Part shown: positions 25,714 through 39,758 of the stretch, in pieces
Layout of the letters: every line of letters begins with the position of its first letter
Numbering within the stretch: position 1 is the stretch's first letter
Source: Utricularia gibba
Taxonomy: Eukaryota > Plantae > Magnoliophyta
NCBI GenBank assembly: GCA_002189035.1
Contig: NEEC01000002.1
Location: forward strand, 5,208,001 to 5,272,000
Direction of reading: 5' to 3'
Length of the DNA stretch: 64,000 nucleotides
Translations under genes and position numbers: made by a program
The notes under the pieces: model-generated
The model's input: the letters and a program-made list of their open reading frames with translations, nothing else
Told to the model about the DNA's origin: nothing
The model's database searches: none

Positions 25714-28700
25714 GGGGTAAAAACATATAAAATGAGTTATATTACGGCACAATAATTTTTACCAATTGCCAAATTCGATCATGGGAGGAATTAGTAATCA
25801 GAGATCATGAGAAGTTACTAAAATACCCTCACCCATTTAATGAACTCTTTCTAGAAATTTTATGTGATTTCACCTCATTTGGGCATAGTTCTAGATGGTG
25901 GTCGAACACCAAGATTTGGAGGAAATGGGGTTGGGTAGCAGCGGTGGCTTTTGGAATTGCACAAGAAAACTACACTTCGAAGGTGAGTTTTCCGGTCTAC
26001 ACTATGGTGGCAGAATTATCCACCGATTCGGGAGGCATAAGTATGATGATGGTAAGGATACTTACATCAATGTTCTAAATTTGAGCATTTTTTGTTGCAA
26101 TACTTTTGTGAAATTGCTGCTTTCTATAGTTATGAAATGCCAAATCAGTGGATGAAATGTTGTAACAATAAGAAAATTGTTAGTGAGATTGAGGTTTAAT
26201 GAATGTGTTGATATACTGGAAAAAGATGATCCCTTATACTACCGGTAGGAGATAGATAACTAATTGTTGTAGTTTACTAAAGTTATGGTTAGTTAATGAC
26301 CCTCAACGTGTGGTGTTTTGGAATAAAATTTACAGGCAGCATGTCTCATGAGGTTGGAGATTAAAAGGCCACGAATGGTGACCCGAAGAAAGAGGAAAGA
26401 CAAGATAAGTCATTGTAGAGCATACTTGTGTTGAAGGAAATTTGTGCATCCTCTAGCTGTTGCTTTGCTATAATGTTACCCTGAATTTTGTGATAGACGT
26501 GGTGGTTGAAGAGGTTGACAAATCCACTAGAAGTAAGCCACCATGTCCATTAAAAAGTAAGGCTATAGAAAAGCCACGTTTACGTTTTTGGTGATGTTTA
26601 AAAATGGAAGAATACTAACTTACATTTTCAGGTTCCATTGGAGCATTTAGTGGCCATAAGGTTTCATTTTCAGCTGAGTTAGCAGGCATATTTAGCCACC
26701 CGATGCAAGAGGTAGCAAAGAGTTCTTGTCCAATAAACCGAAGGACAAAAATATAGCTTCAAAGAGAAGCTCTAGAGGTTAGAAAAAAGGTTAGTTATAG
26801 ATTAACTTTCCTAATTTCGCATCATGAATTTTTTTTGTAAATTTTGTAAGGAAATATTATTTTTGGTTGTGTTGGAGAGGATAACACTGATCATGGCTCA
26901 GGCTGTAAGTTCACAGATAATGCTATAAGGTAACATGGTCAAAAAGGAAAAAGCAAGTCAATTGGCAAAAACAAAAGAATGCACCGAAAATTGATCAGCA
27001 AGATGAGTCAGGTGGTTTGGATTTTGATTTTTGGAAAGATGAGTTAAATGTGTATGAGAAGTAAGTTACAAGTGAGGCTCCCATGAGACAAACTATTGCC
27101 TCTCAACAGACATCTACAGCTGAAAAAAAATATGCCTAATTTCTTTGTAGATAATGAGGTTGGTATAGTAATTGAAGATGAAGACATTGATAGTATAGAT
27201 AGTGAGGAAGATAAGTTACAACTAGGATGCCAAGCCAAGGTTAGAAGGTTCAACTCAAAGACAGAAATAGCCAATCCTGTTCTACATAAGGCCTTATTTT
27301 TAGTAGTAAATAAGAAAAAAAGATGACAATTGAAAACTACAACTTTAAGAATGGAAAGGACATCATTTTCTTGATCAACAATCAACAACAATTGGCAGCA
27401 TACTGCAGAATAAAGGCATGTAAGTGGATGATCAACATTACACAGATAAAAAATGACAAAGAATGGATTGTGAAATCATATAATGAGAAGCACACTGCTT
27501 GTGGTAGACTACATAAGCTTATGTCAATGAATGACTTTTTTTCTCCATTTGCTAAGTGTGGTGCTCTCCTAAAATACTACTGCCAGAGTTTCAATTTTAT
27601 GTTACTTGAAACACGTGAATTGCCTATCATCCATTTGTTAGAGGACATTAGAAATTCATTGATGATTCGGATCGACAGCCTAAGGACTTAGTGTTTAAAA
27701 TGGGAATGCCAGTTATATCCCAGGATAAAAACTTGGTTGGATGAATTAGAGGAGGATGCAACGGAATATTTTGCAATATAGAGTGATGAGAAAAACTACC
27801 AATTAGTTGGTCTCTACATGACTAGAACAATCAATATACTGGAAAAAATATGTAGCTGTGGGTCTTGGCAGTTAACTTCCTTTCCATTTTGTCATGCGGT
27901 GGCTGCAATGTGCTGTAAAGGTCATAAAGTAGAAAACTATATTGATGAGTGCTACAAGAAAAATGTTTGGATTGGTCAATAACAACACTCAATCAGATTT
28001 GTTTCTAATGAAGACCTATGGAGGCATTCTACCATTCCTTCTTTGTAACCATTAAATTACGCAAAAGGTGCTGGCAGGCCAAAAGAGGCAAGGAAACACA
28101 ATCCGGAAGAGCCTCCTCCTGTTAAGAATCCGAATCGAGCACAGTGGCTAACAAGGGAGTCCAACCAATGCAGCTCACATTCTGTAAGTTTTTTTTCAGT
28201 GCTTGTTACACACATTTTTTCTATTACAATTCATCACTAACATTGTTCTTCATGCATGCCATAGCAAAGTCAAGAAAGCGCTGAAATCAACAAGTTGGAA
28301 ATGATTCTTTGGTTGCCACAGATGATCCAACACCACAGGTAGAAACTACCAACTAAATAGCAGCATTGGGTTCCATGGATCAGATATGTTCTATAAAAAC
28401 TTGTGACTCCAACAATGATATGGTATACCAAATGTATGTCTTTTTTTAGCTTGCTACAAAAGGGAAACGGCCAGCATCTCTACAACAGTCTAGAAAGCAA
28501 CCTAAGAAGAAAAAAAGAACTGTCGGTAACTAAGCTATGCTTTGCTTACTATATACTATTAACTAATGTTCCTAGCTAACAATTTTTTTTATACAGAATA
28601 CAAAGGCTACTACTACACATGCATCTACACAATTAAATTTTCCCATTTTAGATAACATAAGGGCTGTGAATGCATCGGTGATTGTTAAAGGTAATAACAA

Positions 28701-29463
28701 CTAGGTCACTCTATCTAATCTCAAAAATAGTTTAAAAAAAAAATTAGTTGCCCACCAGCCAACCATCAACATCAAACCAATGTTTCAAGGATCATGTTTT
28801 TATGGAGATTTTGTTCTTGACATTTTAGAAAATATTTTGTGTGAATGATATATGATGTTTGGCATTTTATTATTTTTCATAATACTTTTATAGTAAAATT
28901 TAGAAATATTAAATTTGAGTTATTTTTATTTTTTGTAATATTTTTACAATAATACAATGATTCAATCTATAATAAATCCAAAAACAAATTGAATTCAATT
29001 TTAAAATATTATTTTGATGATTTGCTCGCCATTGTATCTAAAATGGATTTGATTTAAAATGATAGTGACTATTTTGAGATTCTGTCTTTAAATAAAATTA
29101 TATAGTTTATTCAAATAAAAAATTTTAGTAAAATGATGAAAATAAGTGTGAAATCATTTAATAAATAATTGTTATCATTAAATCCCTTTATTCAGATATG
29201 AATTCTTTAATATTAAAAAGAAAAAAAAAAGATGATTGGGATTGAAAACTACTTGTGGTTGCTAATAAGCATATTTTATTAATTGTGACTGAAAATTGCA
29301 ACTTTAACAAACATTGTAATTTTTATTTTCTTAGTTCTAAAACATTGTACTCAAAACATACGCTTTAAGGATATTTTAGTACATGGTCTCCAATTACTAG
29401 TTCCACTGTGTGACCCATGCTTGAAAACGAGACAATATTATAACTATTTTTTGAAATTACCCC
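25714..29463 (+). mobile_element. Mutator-like element (MULE-2), internally deleted
   Basis: Degenerate TIRs GGGGTAA...TACTAAAATACCCT; perfect 9-bp TSD TATATATAC (25705-25713, 29464-29472); MuDR domain 27323-27530, SWIM finger CSCGSWQ...CHAVA about 27850-27910, GRPK motif. Confidence 0.88.
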
Positions 29464-31084
29464 TATATATACACATAACTAACCATTAGCTCTATTCTAA
29501 CATTGGGAAGTGGCTCGTTATCTATTCTACAACTTGTCTTCCCCCAATTTGTCCTACTTCGGTTTCTCTTAAACCCCTTTGTTCATTGCACTTCTTAAAC
29601 CCATTGATTAACTGCCATATTCCTCGACTAACCTCCCAATGAGCACGCGTTTTATAGTTGATGTGACCGTTACAACAACTATGTAGTAAATTAGTCCCTA
29701 TATGTAAAATACCTGTTAAAAGATAAATTGCAATACTGTAACATTAAACTTTCTTTTTCTTCATGTTACTAACCAATGAGTTAATTGTGATTGCATAAAT
29801 TGTCAACATTATATATCAAGTGGCCTCTTTAGATAGTAATATTTTGGATTAAATTTAATTCATTTCCAAATAAGAATCATACCACGACAATCTAACTGTC
29901 TTCATTATACATGCTGATTTTTATAGTTTGATTACCTTAGGGTAACAACATCATGAAAAAAAGAATTTTTTTTTCAATGGAAAACATTAAAAAAAGATAA
30001 TTCCAAAAATTAAGCAATAATGCATTCGAAATGAACTAGATAAAAATGAAGCAGTTAAAAAAATTACATATAAACCCTACAATGAAGTAGATTACTTTCA
30101 ACGACGCTGAATTTTAGATTATGGAACATCAGTTCCAATTCCATTCATTTGATAGCTAAAACCTGCCACTAATCACCTTGGTTTACAAATGCTGCAAAGT
30201 GCAAAGAGTATTTATTTGTATCAACAAAAGTATGTGAACGAAACATTTCAAAAGTTCGACTCTTAGATTCCCAACCTCAAGATTTGTCACTTTGGCATTT
30301 ACATGAAGGAGTGAATCTCCTTCAAGAAAGAAACTCGGCTATTAGATTCCTAACCCTCATGAAATTACTACTGGAAGCTGATCCAAAGGATTCGAATGCC
30401 TCTTTCCGGTTAATCACTAAGGTTTTGATCCAACAATTGACATAATGAAATTGGAGTATAGAGTACCTCAATTTTTTACATATTTTGGGTCATTATATTT
30501 GGTGTTTTTATAACCTTAGAATCAATGTTAACAATTAAAATGTGTACCTATTTATGCTTAAAAAACACTTGAGTTTTCTAAGAATACGGACAGAAATTTA
30601 CTATATAGAAGATGCATAGGGGTCTATTTGTGAAAAAAAAATAGGGCTGTATTGCCTTACAATTTCATTATTGTATTTTTTAATGAACAATGTACGGTGG
30701 AGGAAATTCAAGTGTCCTGAATTGAGGGGAGTATCAAGGTCATATTGATGGAGGGTGGAAATGGAAGTGTACCACAAACATCTCATGTATTTTAGAATGA
30801 CTAGAAAAAGAAAAAAAAAACGTAGAGGGGATCAGTTTGAGTTGATATTGTTATTAAATCATTGGAAAAGGCTAGACCTAAACCCTAACCTAATGCATTT
30901 AAACTCTGAAATCAAGGCATAAGTCAGCTGTTAACGAAAACGTTGGAAATGTAGTAGCCAGTTGGAAAGCTGGATGATGGAAATTGAATTGAAACCACGA
31001 ACCCTAAAACACATAAATCAATAACAGAACAAACATAGTTTACAATTGAAAGCAATAATCGATTAAACCTGAAGCATTTGCCAT

Positions 31085-31341
31085 TATTTCACGCCCTCAA
31101 TATTATTCAACGATTAAGATTGATGGGTCCTTTCCCCCTAGGGCACGACATGCAGCTGACTTGCAGGTAATTTTTTTAAATTCCAGTTTGCGTGCATGGA
31201 TCATGAAGATTCCCTAGTTATGATGATGTCGCACTTGCATAGCATCTTTTCTTCACCAAGTTTTTTTTGTTGGTTATGTGAGCCAATTAGTTCTTCTCCT
31301 CTATAAAAAGATCAATTTAGCATCAGTTTTTTTCAAACCCG
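31085..31341 (+). promoter_or_regulatory. Conserved proximal promoter of GDSL copy A
   Basis: Homologous to 39495-39758 and 47485-47786; shared ACATGCAGCTG, TTCCCTAGTTATGATGATGTC and TATA-like CTCTATAAAA about 40-50 bp before the ATG. Confidence 0.7.
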
Positions 31342-34300
31342 ATGGAGTGTTTATTCATAACCCTCCTCGCCTTTTCGACATTCATCTTCTATGCTTCGAC
31401 TCCTGCCGTGGCAACATGCAACTCCATCACTGCCATCTACCAGTTCGGTGACTCCTTATCCGACACAGGGAACTTGATTCAATTGCTCTCTTCCCTGCCG
31501 GCGAGCAAATTCCCATTTGGTATAAAGTATCCTGGCACCCCAACTGGTCGGTGGTGCGATGGTCGTCTCATCGTCGATTACATCGGTAGAACTTAATAGT
31601 CACCATAATAATGCTACATTAATAATATGCACCTTTCTATCATTCTAAAAAGTCATTGTCATTCTAATACCGCAAATTTAAAGAATGGACTTCAGGTTTT
31701 GAAACAACGGTGTAAAACTGTTTTATATGTTTCCCCAGCGGATAATTATGGGCTTCCAAAGCTGGCGCCTTACTGGAACCCCTTGAGTTCGTCGAAGACC
31801 GGTGTTAACTTTGCGGTTGCTGGTTGTACTGCAATTGACCCCGTGAAACTAAAAGCTGATTACGGTATCACGCTTCCATCAACTTGGTGTCTGTCATCAC
31901 AAGTGGGGTGGTTCAAAACATTCCTTGTGACGAAATGCCTCACGCCAACAGGTTTCAATTTTAGGTTGAGATAACCCTTGAGAACATTTCCTAATCCATT
32001 GACTTTACTTGTGAAGGATGCATCAACAAAAACTTTTTGAAGAATTCACTGATAATCTTGGGAGAAATTGGAATCAACGACATCCAAGCTGGTGTTTTGT
32101 GGGGATTAACAATTTCAGATCAACATTCTCTAATTTCTAAAATATGTGCTGAGATTGTTGATGCCGCTAAGGTATTTCTCAGACCTCAGTGATAAAATAT
32201 CATGGCCCTTTGTTGGTTTCAGTTAGATTTGATGCTCTTGTTTTCTTATCATTTTTTCAACTGTATCATTAACATTTTCTTGTTGCGTCACTTGGGCAAT
32301 TAATTCCAATACAACAGTCACCACTATGTAGGAATATATGTTTGTACAACTTCTAAGTACGTGCTTTTCTAATGGCGATAAGTATTGCAATAAAAGCAAC
32401 TTCCAAGTACATTTTCTATTTGTCCATGTGATTAGGAATTGATATCATGGGGGGCAGCCAATATTGCAATTCCCGGGTATTTGCCTATTGGATGCACACC
32501 TCGAGGTCTAGCAGTCTTCGCAAGTTTGAACTCTACGAAGGATAATTTTGGATGCAATGCAGCTGCCAATGACCTTGTCAAATATGCAAACTCACAACTT
32601 CAAGCGGCTGTTCAAAATCTTATCACTACTAATCCAAATGTGAATATCGCCTTTTGGGATTGCAATGGAGCATATCTGAATATTCTTACAAATGCGAATG
32701 CATATGGTAGGTATCAAAATATTTTTACTACATATTGATGAAAGAGCGGTCTTGTGAATCATTTGATATATTGTAGGTTTTGATAAAAACACTCTCCTCC
32801 AATGTTGTTGCGGAAGTGGCGCCTATAACAGCACTAGTCCCCAATTTTGTGGTGGTTTTGGAGTTAAATTGTGTGGGAATTCAAGCACATATATTGGTTG
32901 GGATGGTTGGGATTTGACCGAAGCAGCCCATTACCACATGTTTAATTTCCTTAAACCATACCTATCCCTTGCTCATGGATGCAACCTTCCACCACCACCA
33001 TCTTTGCCACCATCCCTACCACCACTCCCTTCGCCAAGTCTTCCACCATCTCCTTCAATATTGCCGCCATCACCACCATTATTGCCACCATCTCTACCAC
33101 CTCCTCCTTCAACAATTACCCCATCACCATCATTTTTGCCACCACTCTCTTCACCATCCCCTACAACCTTACCGCCATCACCACCATCGTTAACGCCATC
33201 TTTACCACCAACCCCTTCAGCATTGCCACCATCACCGTCATCGCAGCCACCATCCCCATCACCACTCTCTTCACCAACCCCTTCACCATTGCCACCATCA
33301 CCATCATCCTTGCCACCATCCCCATCACCACTTACTTCACCAACCCCTTCAGCATTGCCACCATCACCCACATCCCTGCCACCATCCCCATCACCACTCT
33401 CTTCACCAACCCCTTCAGCATTGCCACCATCACCATCATCCCTGCCACCATCCCCCTCACCACTCTCTTCACCAACCCCTTCAGCATTACCACCATCACC
33501 ATCATCGCAGCCACCATCCCCATCACCACTCTCTTCACCAACCCCTTCACCATTGCCACCATCACCATCATCGCAGCCACCATCCCCATCACCACTCTCT
33601 TCACCAACCCCTTCAGCATTGCCACCATCACCATCATCCCTGCCACCATCCCTGTCACCACTCTCTTCACCAACCCCTTCAGCATTGCCACCATCACCAT
33701 CATCCCTGCCACCATCCCTGTCACCACTCTCTTCACCAACCCCTTCAGCATTGCCACCATCACCATCATCCCTGCCACCATCCCCGTCACCACTCTCTTC
33801 ACCAACCCTTCAGCATTGCCACCATCACCATCATCCCTGCCACCATCCCCGTCACCACTCTCTTCACCAACCCCTTCAGCATTACCACCATCACCCTCAT
33901 CCTTGCCACCATCCCCATCACCACTCTCTTCACCAACCCCTTCAGCATTGCCACCATCACCACCATCCCTGCCACCATCCCCGTCACCACTCTCTTCACC
34001 AACCCCTTCAGCATTACCACCATCACCCTCATCCTTGCCACCATCCCCATCACCACTCTCTTCACCAACCCCTTCAGCATTGCCACCATCACCGTCATCG
34101 CAGCCACCATCCCCATCACCACTCTCTTCACCAACCCCTTCACCATTGCCACCATCACCATCATCCCTGCCACCATCCCCCTCACCACTCTCTTCACCAA
34201 CCCCTTCAGCATTTCCACCATCACCATCATCGCAGCCACCATCCCCATCACCACTCTCTTCACCAACCCCTTCAGCATTGCCACCATCACCATCATCCCT

Positions 34301-34637
34301 GCCACCATCCCGGACACCACTCTCTTCACCAACCCCTTCAGCATTGCCACCATCACCATCATCGCAGCCACCATCCCGGGTACCACTCTCTTCACCAACC
34401 CCTTCAGCATTGCCACCATCACCATCATCGTTGCCACCATCCCCGTCACCACTCTCTTCACCAACCCCTTCAGCATTGCCACCATCACCATTATCATTAC
34501 CACCATCCCCACCACCAGCCCGCTCACCATCTGCTCCACCACCCTCGCGAGCACCACCAACCCTCGAGGACAAGGAGGCTAAAGTTGGGGAAAAAAATAT
34601 CCTCTATGAATTAAATGATGTAATAAATAATCATTGA
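31342..34637 (+). CDS. Secreted GDSL/SGNH esterase-like protein A with C-terminal Pro/Ser-rich tail. Exons 31342-31585, 31739-31951, 32017-32171, 32436-32706, 32777-34637 (1-nt deletion at about 33806)
   Basis: Signal peptide, [26 protein letters not shown], canonical GT-AG introns in phase; block V reads [10 protein letters not shown] (His to Asp); the tail has one frameshift, so status (gene vs sequencing error vs pseudogene) is uncertain. Confidence 0.88.
33211..34500 (+). repeat. Coding minisatellite, 66-bp unit x about 19.5 ([22 protein letters not shown])
   Basis: Units counted from the translation: 9 before and about 10.5 after the frameshift. Confidence 0.95.
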
Positions 34638-34819
34638 TTGTGATGCTTCCTTTGTGTGACTTTCATTTCATGATCTGCGCCTTATCACTATTGAATGCAT
34701 TATTTATGGTATGATAGCTAATGAACAATAAATTGCAACACTACTACATTCAGAATAATATGGGAATTAATGTATTCTCATAAAATCGACTTTGCATGAT
34801 GTAGTGTTGAAGCTTTTAT

Positions 34820-36095
34820 AAGTGTTTCGTGAGAGAATCAGCATTGGCTTCTTTCTTGGAAAATGTTTCGTGAGAGAATCAGCATTTTCAGATTCGGTTG
34901 GTTTACTCAAAGAGTCTCCTCAACTTGGTTGCTTCCCTTGATTTTTTTGATTCCATCTAGCAGCCCTGTTGACCTCAAGATTGAAATCAAAATCCACTGC
35001 ACCAAAAAAAATGCATCAACTAAACACACAAAACAATTGAACACCACTCCCCTGCAATGCCACCAATTTGATAAATGGAAAATTCTATTACGTTGTAATA
35101 AAAATAAAATTCTATATCAAATAAATTTGTAAGCCCTAATAATCACAAAATACAAATTAAACATAAGATGTATATAGTAGAATTTCGGGGTCGATCATAA
35201 AGAGCAAGTGCTTGTTGTTTATTTTAACAGATGAGAGTTCACAGAATAAGTGGTACTCTTAGTCCAAGGTCAGACTAACATCAATAAGTAAGTCTAATAT
35301 GTAAAATCAAATCTCAATGTAGAAAGTAATAAATACTGGTTCTAAGTACAAAATAATACTAAGATGTCTCAAGGTGGTCTAGGTAATATGGTACTAAGGT
35401 CCCTAATTTAATCTACAATGTTTTTATGCCTACAACTCCAAACAACCTAAATCTATCTAGGTCATTACTCATGTTTTTGATTAAGATAGCCCTAATGTCA
35501 TCACCCATTTCACACTTAAATCTATCTATATGCGAAATATTAAAACTAAGTCTACTCAACTCTACTGATTCTACCGAGGACTAACATCTTATCCCCGTTT
35601 TGATTTGTTGGTCTCCCTCTAAATCAAGCATTTGAGTTGCCAAACTATTCGTTCCCCTTCTTAGGTCTACCCGAAGAATGATAGAAACAAAAGCGAGGAC
35701 ACACTCATAGATAACTTAGCAGTCTTAAACCACATCACCATTCTACACTTTAAGGCATCCCTAAAAACTAGACACTCATGTTCAAGAGAAGAAGCATGAT
35801 TTCATAAACATAAAGTGAATAGAACATCTCAAACATTGTTAAAGAAACATTCATGCCAAAATATTCAACAAATAAAAGAAAATAAAGTAGAATAGCTCTA
35901 TTCTTCGCCTGCTATTGTTCATATCACAGAATAATAGTGTTGGGTTGAGTTTCGGTGCTTGTTCTTCACAATAGAGATTTTTCTTTTGGAAATCATCTTC
36001 TACTTCCTTCATTCATGTTCCTTCTCCCCTCCTGAGGTCTGGTCCCATTTTCCTCCATCACTCTCCAAAAATATCTTCATTTCTTTTTTTTTTTT
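34820..36095 (-). mobile_element. Athila-type family A 5' LTR fragment with PBS and start of leader
   Basis: LTR 3' end TGATAAATGG at 35069; the adjacent 35046-35068 reverse-complements to AATTGGTGGCATTGCAGGGGAG, a degenerate TGGCGCCGTTGCCGGGGA PBS. Confidence 0.75.
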
Positions 36096-36400
36096 TCATT
36101 TTCCAAAGTCATACTTGAGTATCACATCGTAGACCCCCACCTCAACTCTATCTTCTAACTCTGTGAATCCTCCCCTGGCTCTTCCACCGTCCGGTCTCCC
36201 TTTCCTACCTATGCTTCCCCGACATAGGCCTACCACGCCTCGTGCCTGCGGCGTTTTCGCTAGACGGTCTTTGCCAGTAGTGCCATCCTCCCCGCCGGCT
36301 GGATGAGCGGTTTGTCCCTCGCTACAGCGTTCTGTTAGGCTAAAGTTAGACTTGCTTCTCAATGAAATGAATTTTTTACTCTTTATACTCCCCTCTCTTT
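36096..36400 (-). mobile_element. Possible highly degenerate LINE RT-downstream fragment
   Basis: PAGRMALLAKTV and GRIHRV...GGGL in different frames at roughly the spacing of the plant L1 AGR...IHW...GGLG motifs; weak. Confidence 0.25.
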
Positions 36401-37412
36401 GACTCGCTTCATTGAATTACGGGTCAACGTAAGTTGACAATGTTCCTAACATGCGTACTATTCCTGGCCTGAACCTACAAACTTTAGACAACTGAATATC
36501 AATCATGTCTCCTCTTTGTATCGTGTGTCTATCGAATTGTTCCTAACACTCCAACCTTCAATTCATTATTTCTCAACAAGTTTGATAGTTTAAATAGCCC
36601 AATTCTCTTGGCAGTCCAACACCTCAAGCATTTCTATGGGAATTAAGGCAGCAATAAGGTGTTTTTTTTTTACTTATGAAAATTTGAGGTACATCTTTCT
36701 TCCAAAAGTTCTAGCAGTGAGATTCCGAGGAATGCTCTAGCCACGTGCTTTATTTCAAGAATTCAGCCTAGTTGAGATGAGTTGGAGTTTTGGAGTATTT
36801 ATCTTTTTAATTTCCTTATTTTGCTTGAGGTTTCTTGTTAGTTGCAACTTGCGAGACTGTGACCTCGTACTATGTTAATGGTTTTTGTTCTAAAAACTGA
36901 AGGCTGAAGTGATACTTGATTATTTCTTAAAATTGGGTTCTTGACTAGTTTTCTGATTTATAGTGGACTTTTGGAGGAGTTCATTAGTCAGTACATTCAC
37001 ACAATTTTTATGCAGATAATTTCTTATTGAAATAATCATGCACAATTTTATACAATGGCACTATCCTAAAATGGTGAATGCTCGGAATCAGAATGTAGAT
37101 GATAATTATGTTATGGATGATGATGCAGAGATGTTAAGAATGGTTGACTGTATTGCTTCAATCATTTTTTATGGCGAAAGTTATCAGAAATTTAGTATCT
37201 TAATATTTAGTTATTTATTAATTCAGTTGATTTAACATAGGAAATATTAGATTAAATAGTCTTTTGAAAAATTTCTGAAAGCCTATTTCAACTTTTGCAG
37301 AAAAAAAAACATCTTTTGTCAAAAGCATTTTTGAGTTTGAATTATAAAAAGTATTTCTATAAAAGTAACAAATTATTATTTTTCCAACTTATTTCCAAAT
37401 GAAATAAGTATT

Positions 37413-38780
37413 TGATGACATACATTTTTCTTGAATTTTATAATACAAAATAGTTATATTTTATTATGGTTTAGGTTAGATAAATGTGGTTTTTCATGTT
37501 TATATGTGTTTGAGTTAATTTTGTGTCTATGTTAAAAAGTGGACTAAATCCTTTGATTTAGTCCACCACCTTTGTTACTAATGTTTAACTAAGTTCAGCA
37601 GGGATATTAGTAGAAAAATCAGACTTCCAAACGTATGGAACAAGTGATAAAGGGCACAAAATCCGAAGAGAGACAAAGAGCATTGTTTTGCCGACACCTA
37701 CAGTCTGCAAGTTCAGGATGGGAACAATGCAATAGAGTGAAGGAGAGGAGATATTTTTGGAAAAAGGGGGAGAGTGGGAACGACACAGAGAGGAGCGCAG
37801 AACGCATGCAAGGGGGCTTCTTCCCTAATGCGAAAAATACCAACCAGAAGAGGAGAAGAAGGCCCTCATCGTCAAGAGCAGCACTAGAACCCAGTCCAAT
37901 GCTACTATTCCGGGCTGTGAACAGTAGCAACCGGGCGACAGAACAATCTTTATTCGCTTTCCGTTTTCTGAATGTTTCGAATTTCTGTATCTGACTTGCT
38001 TACAATGTTTCTATTATTTTCGCCAAATTATCTGAATAAAATCGTGTTTTATTTTTCAAGTATGAGTAACTAAAGTCTTAGGGATGCCATAAGTTAAAGT
38101 ATGGTGGTGTGTGCTTAGGGTTAGTAATAAAATTTATGTTTGTTTCTTAACTCTTGTTTCTATCAATCCATGGGTAGACCTAAGAAGGGGAACAAGTAAC
38201 TTCACAACTTAGATGCTTGATTTAAAGATAGACCTAAGACGGGAGCAGTAGGTGTTAGTCCGAGGTAGAACTGGTAGAACCGGGTAGACCTAGTTCTGTA
38301 TGCTTTGCATGTAGGTAGACCTAATTGCAATGTTGGTTATGATATTAGGGACTAGCTTAGTCGAAAATATGATGAATGACCTGGGTAGACTTAGGTTAGT
38401 TAAAGTTGTGAGTATAGGAACATGGGTGAATTAAATTAAGCACCTTAGCATCACACCACCTGCAGACCCTTAAGGCATCTTCGTATTATTCTGAGTTAGA
38501 ACCAGTACTTGTTACCTTTAGCGTTGAGACTTGATATTGTTTACTGATCTTATTTACCGAACTTGTTTACCACTATTGGTCCGAGCTTAAACTAAGACCA
38601 ATGTTATTCTTAATTATGCATTTACTAAAACACTTAGCAAGCACAAGGTCTTCGTGATCGACTCTGATACCCACTATACAAGTTTTCTAAATTTGTATTT
38701 TGTGTAGATTAGAGGCTATAAATTTATTTGATATAAATTTCTATTTTTATTGCAACGATATTAAGAATTTCCGTTTATCA
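37413..38780 (+). mobile_element. Solo LTR, Athila-type family A (1368 bp)
   Basis: TGATGACATAC...CCGTTTATCA; perfect TSD GTATT (37408-37412, 38781-38785). Confidence 0.95.
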
Positions 38781-39494
38781 GTATTTCTACATCCATTGTT
38801 AGAGTTTCCAAGAACACCTATAATCTATTTCTACTACTATCAATTATTTCAACTTTTTAAATTTACTTCAAAAAAAGTAGAAATAGGCTACAGAAATTTT
38901 CAAAAAAATTACCTAAAACTATTCTATAAAAAGTAAAAACAGAATGATTGTTTGAAGACTATTCCTTCAAGAATTTTACACGCAAATAGGGTATCATTTG
39001 GGGACGAGTTTTTCAAAAATGATTAGAAAAAACCCTAAACCCTAATGAATATTTGACATATAAAAAAATGAAAATTAGTTTTTATAAATAAACCACAAAT
39101 TGCATTCATATTCATTAATAATCTTTATTTTATAAAAATATAATCTAAAAAAATCATATATTATCAATTATTTAATATATCCATATATCTATAAATTATA
39201 TTTTATATTATTGCAATAACTTAAAAAGATTTGTATCAAAATTATAATTTAGAAATTATCTTCTAATTTCCCCATTATTTCTTTCAATTAGGGTTTGTTA
39301 TTTCACTTCAATTTCTGGATACGCTTAGAAAACCAATTCTCTCATAACAAAATCAATTCTTGTTTTACAAGTCATTAAATTTATTCAATTTTTTATTAGA
39401 ATTGACTTTTTAGAATCAGGTAGGGAGAATGCCTTAAAAATTTAAAAGAATTGTTTTATACATAATTATAATCATTGCTCTTACAACGTGAAAA

Positions 39495-39758
39495 TTACCA
39501 TTATTTTATGCCTTCAATACTAACCTAGTAATTAAAATTGATGGATTCTTTCCCTTTGGGCACGACATGCAGCTGACTGGCACATAATGTTCTAAGTATG
39601 CATGTATCATGAATATTCCCTAGTTATGATGATGTCCCACCTTCATAGCATCTTTTTTTTTATGGTTTTCGAAGAAATTAATATTAAGAAATCTCACTCA
39701 AATGTCAGTTTTTTCCTCTATAAAAGGATCAATGTAGCGCCATCTTGTCTCAGACCCA
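39495..39758 (+). promoter_or_regulatory. Conserved proximal promoter of GDSL copy B
   Basis: Same motif string as the promoters of copies A and C. Confidence 0.7.

Noticed and set aside
31228-31260. snoRNA box C (ATGATGA) conserved in the three GDSL promoters
   Set aside because: No box D (CTGA) or terminal stem at a suitable distance; the conservation is explained by gene duplication.
33211-34500. CRISPR-like array
   Set aside because: The units are contiguous with no unique spacers, the context is eukaryotic, and there are no cas genes.
32973-34637. Long alternative-frame and antisense ORFs (Thr/Ile-rich, Gly/Asp/Glu-rich, Met/Val-rich)
   Set aside because: They are by-products of a stop-free 66-bp CCA/TCA-rich repeat; only the Pro/Ser frame is continuous with the spliced GDSL gene.
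3679-37994. Recurrent ORFs with GGFFPNAKNTNQK-like peptides (3679-3972, 22991-23360, 37619-37994)
   Set aside because: They all lie inside copies of the same LTR and the frames are not conserved between copies.
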